DNA of 64,000 nucleotides from NCBI RefSeq assembly GCF_009914755.1, contig NC_060944.1; one strand, 5' to 3'. Under the pieces are notes generated by a model, which saw only the letters and a list, made by a program, of their open reading frames with translations, was not told the DNA's origin and searched no databases. Made by a program: the position numbers and the translations under genes. Shown here piece by piece: positions 60,713 through 64,000 of the stretch; positions within the stretch are counted from its first letter, which is position 1; every line of letters begins with the position of its first letter. The DNA is from the human T2T-CHM13v2.0 reference genome, Homo sapiens.

Positions 60713-63097
60713 TGGAAAATTCTTGATATGTATCAGTATTTTTCAAAATGTAAGCTCCAAACCATGACAGAGTCAGGAGAAACTTACACAAGGCTGGTCT
60801 TAGGGTTCGTTTAATCGCTACATCCATCTTTATCAAGCACCTGCGATGCATTTCTCCCTGTTACCAGGAGGTACCAGGAAGCCTGTTACACAAGCAACCT
60901 CAACTTCTGCCTATAGCAAACTTGGATTCTTCCCAATCACCTTTTGAATGCTGAATTCAGACTCTGATACAACTAGCTGGCACATGACCATGCAATGCTG
61001 AGACATGATAACATCTGCCAGATAATGTGAATTTTGCCCTGTGTTCAGGAGTACATTACATATAAAAGTTAAGCAACACCTAAATGGGGGTGTTCCCTTA
61101 GACATTCTCCCTGCTATGTTGTGGTGTATACACCCTTCTTTACTGATCTCTGTCTGCCAAATCCCAGCCGGCCACTTTTTACATCCTCCTAGGCTTTATG
61201 CTGCAAAACCTTCCTAATATCCTTTTAAGTACAAAAGACATTCAATGAGCTCAAAAAGTTTGAGACCCAATCAAGAATCTTTTGCAGCCCTCTCAGTATC
61301 TTTAGCCATCTTGTTGCCAGATGGGAACTTCATTCACATGACACACATACTTCCTTCATGTGACTCACCATTGCTAAGCAACTGGTATGTCCTAGGTGAA
61401 TAAAACATATGCCCTGTGTCTGAGATTCACAGTGCAGTAGGGGAACATGGATAGATACGGGTGTAAATAGATCAGCTGAAGCATGAGTTGAAGCTCAAGG
61501 CTCTACATGCCAAGAACAGAGGAAAAAGGCAATGGAGAGACCGGACAAGAACTATCAGGACATCAGAACAGAACTTACATCCTGTGAGAGCAGGACTTAT
61601 GCTAAAAACAAGTCTTAAAGGATGAAAAGAAGTTGTCCAGGCAGACAAGACAGGAATATGTATCATCCTAGGCATAAAGTCCCAAGACATGTCACCTTTT
61701 GAAGAATGGAGCCATGTGGCACACTGTCCTCCAGTCCCAAAGGTCTCCTTGAAGAGACATGAAAATCCCACCTGAAGAACTCACCCTTGCAGATTGTACA
61801 TAGCACAGACCTAAATGGCAACAAACAAGCAAACAAAAAACGCAGTACAGACTAGGCACTGATCTGATGGAAGCGAGACAGGCTGGAGTAGCAAAGGGTC
61901 TGACTAAGAAGCTTAGGAGGAATTCCTCTGATACCCTTCTTGGTGCCCCCTCCCCAGCAACATCTAACAGCCTCACTCGGGCCCAACTTCCCTGTTGCAC
62001 TGGTGGCACTGCATTGCAATTGTGGGTACAAGATTCCTCCCCCACAAAACTGTGGGCTGAGGCAAGAGTTCTACCTTTTTATTACTACGCCTCTGACACT
62101 CAGCACATATGAAGCACAAGCAAAATTTGATGACTAAGCTAAGTAATTAGTTCATATGTGTGATTAGGGTTTGAAAGGGCAGAACCTTGGACCTATGATC
62201 CCAAATACCTTTGTCTATCTAGTTCACCTGGTTTTGTTCCTCCTCAGAAGCCATCTATCCTCCTTACCTTGGTTCATGTTTTCCTATCTCTCCATTTTAT
62301 ACACATAAACCAACTCCTACCCTCAAATCAGGGAAAAGGGACAGATATTCCTGTCCTCAAGTTAAGAGTGACCTATGTCAAAGTGAAAAACAACTAAGCC
62401 AAAAAGGTAACAGGGAACTGGCTTCTTGAGCACTCAGAAGAATTTGAGATTACTGCCTCGCGAGGGAAAAAGGGAAACCCAACCCGATTACAGTGTAAAA
62501 ATAGGTCACTGCTTGAATACAGCCCTTTGGTTACTGGCTGCAAGCCCCTTTTTGCTTTTGACTCCAGTGTCACAAGAAAGTGGCAGCATAGTCTTAGAAT
62601 AAGGGCTCCACAGCCAGCTGGCTGCTCGGCCAGGCCTTCCTGCTGGCATTCTAGAAGCAGCATGCAGGGCCAGGCACCTACTGGGGAGCTCAGTAAGCCT
62701 TTGTCACTGCTGACATGAAATACAAGAGTTGGTAAGTTTCTTTGGTTTTGTTTTGAACAAACTGGCAGATAGTTCAAGGTTGTCCTTGTAAGTCTCTCTC
62801 ACTTGCATTCAGCTATACATTGTTTAGTAGGAAATGAGTATAGTTCAGCTAGTTCACTTATCCCCATGCCAAACCAGCAGGCAGCCTCTTTTCCATGAGA
62901 GACAGTTATAATTTTGAATTATTGTAATGCTGTACTTGCAGCAAACTCGGTGTGTGTGTGTGTATGTGCACACATGGCTGGGAGTGGGGGGTAGTGCCAA
63001 AATGTTGGTTCTATGGCAAACAACAACAACAAAACAAACAAACAAAAAAACCGGCTGTGTATAGCTAAAAAACATGGCCAAGAAAAAGGTAGAATAG

Positions 63098-64000
<903 letters not shown>

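Overview
Human (primate) genomic DNA; the proteins identify the PLCG1/ZHX3 locus (20q12). On the + strand are the last seven coding exons of PLCG1 (Y-box, C2 domain, C-terminal tail; stop at 2189-2191) and its 3' UTR. Converging on the - strand is ZHX3: a terminal exon with an approximately 6.7 kb 3' UTR (about 6135-12884) and a single 3010-nt exon (29886-32895) carrying 953 of its 956 codons. The rest is ZHX3 intron: a nested old-L1 stack with an RPL23A processed pseudogene and AT-rich repeats, an L1PA copy truncated in its 5' UTR, about 20 Alus, and MIR/L2/MaLR/MER relics. No prokaryote-type system is present. The main hypotheses, all inferred from sequence and needing RNA evidence: (1) a frame-preserving splice chain could give PLCG1 an alternative lysine-rich C-terminus borrowed from the RPL23A pseudogene; (2) a back-spliced ZHX3 circle would encode almost the whole protein; (3) a cryptic antisense-L1 exon lies just upstream of the ZHX3 coding exon; (4) a gene-conversion tract links two L1PA copies 27 kb apart. 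Repeat subfamily names and edges are by eye and approximate.
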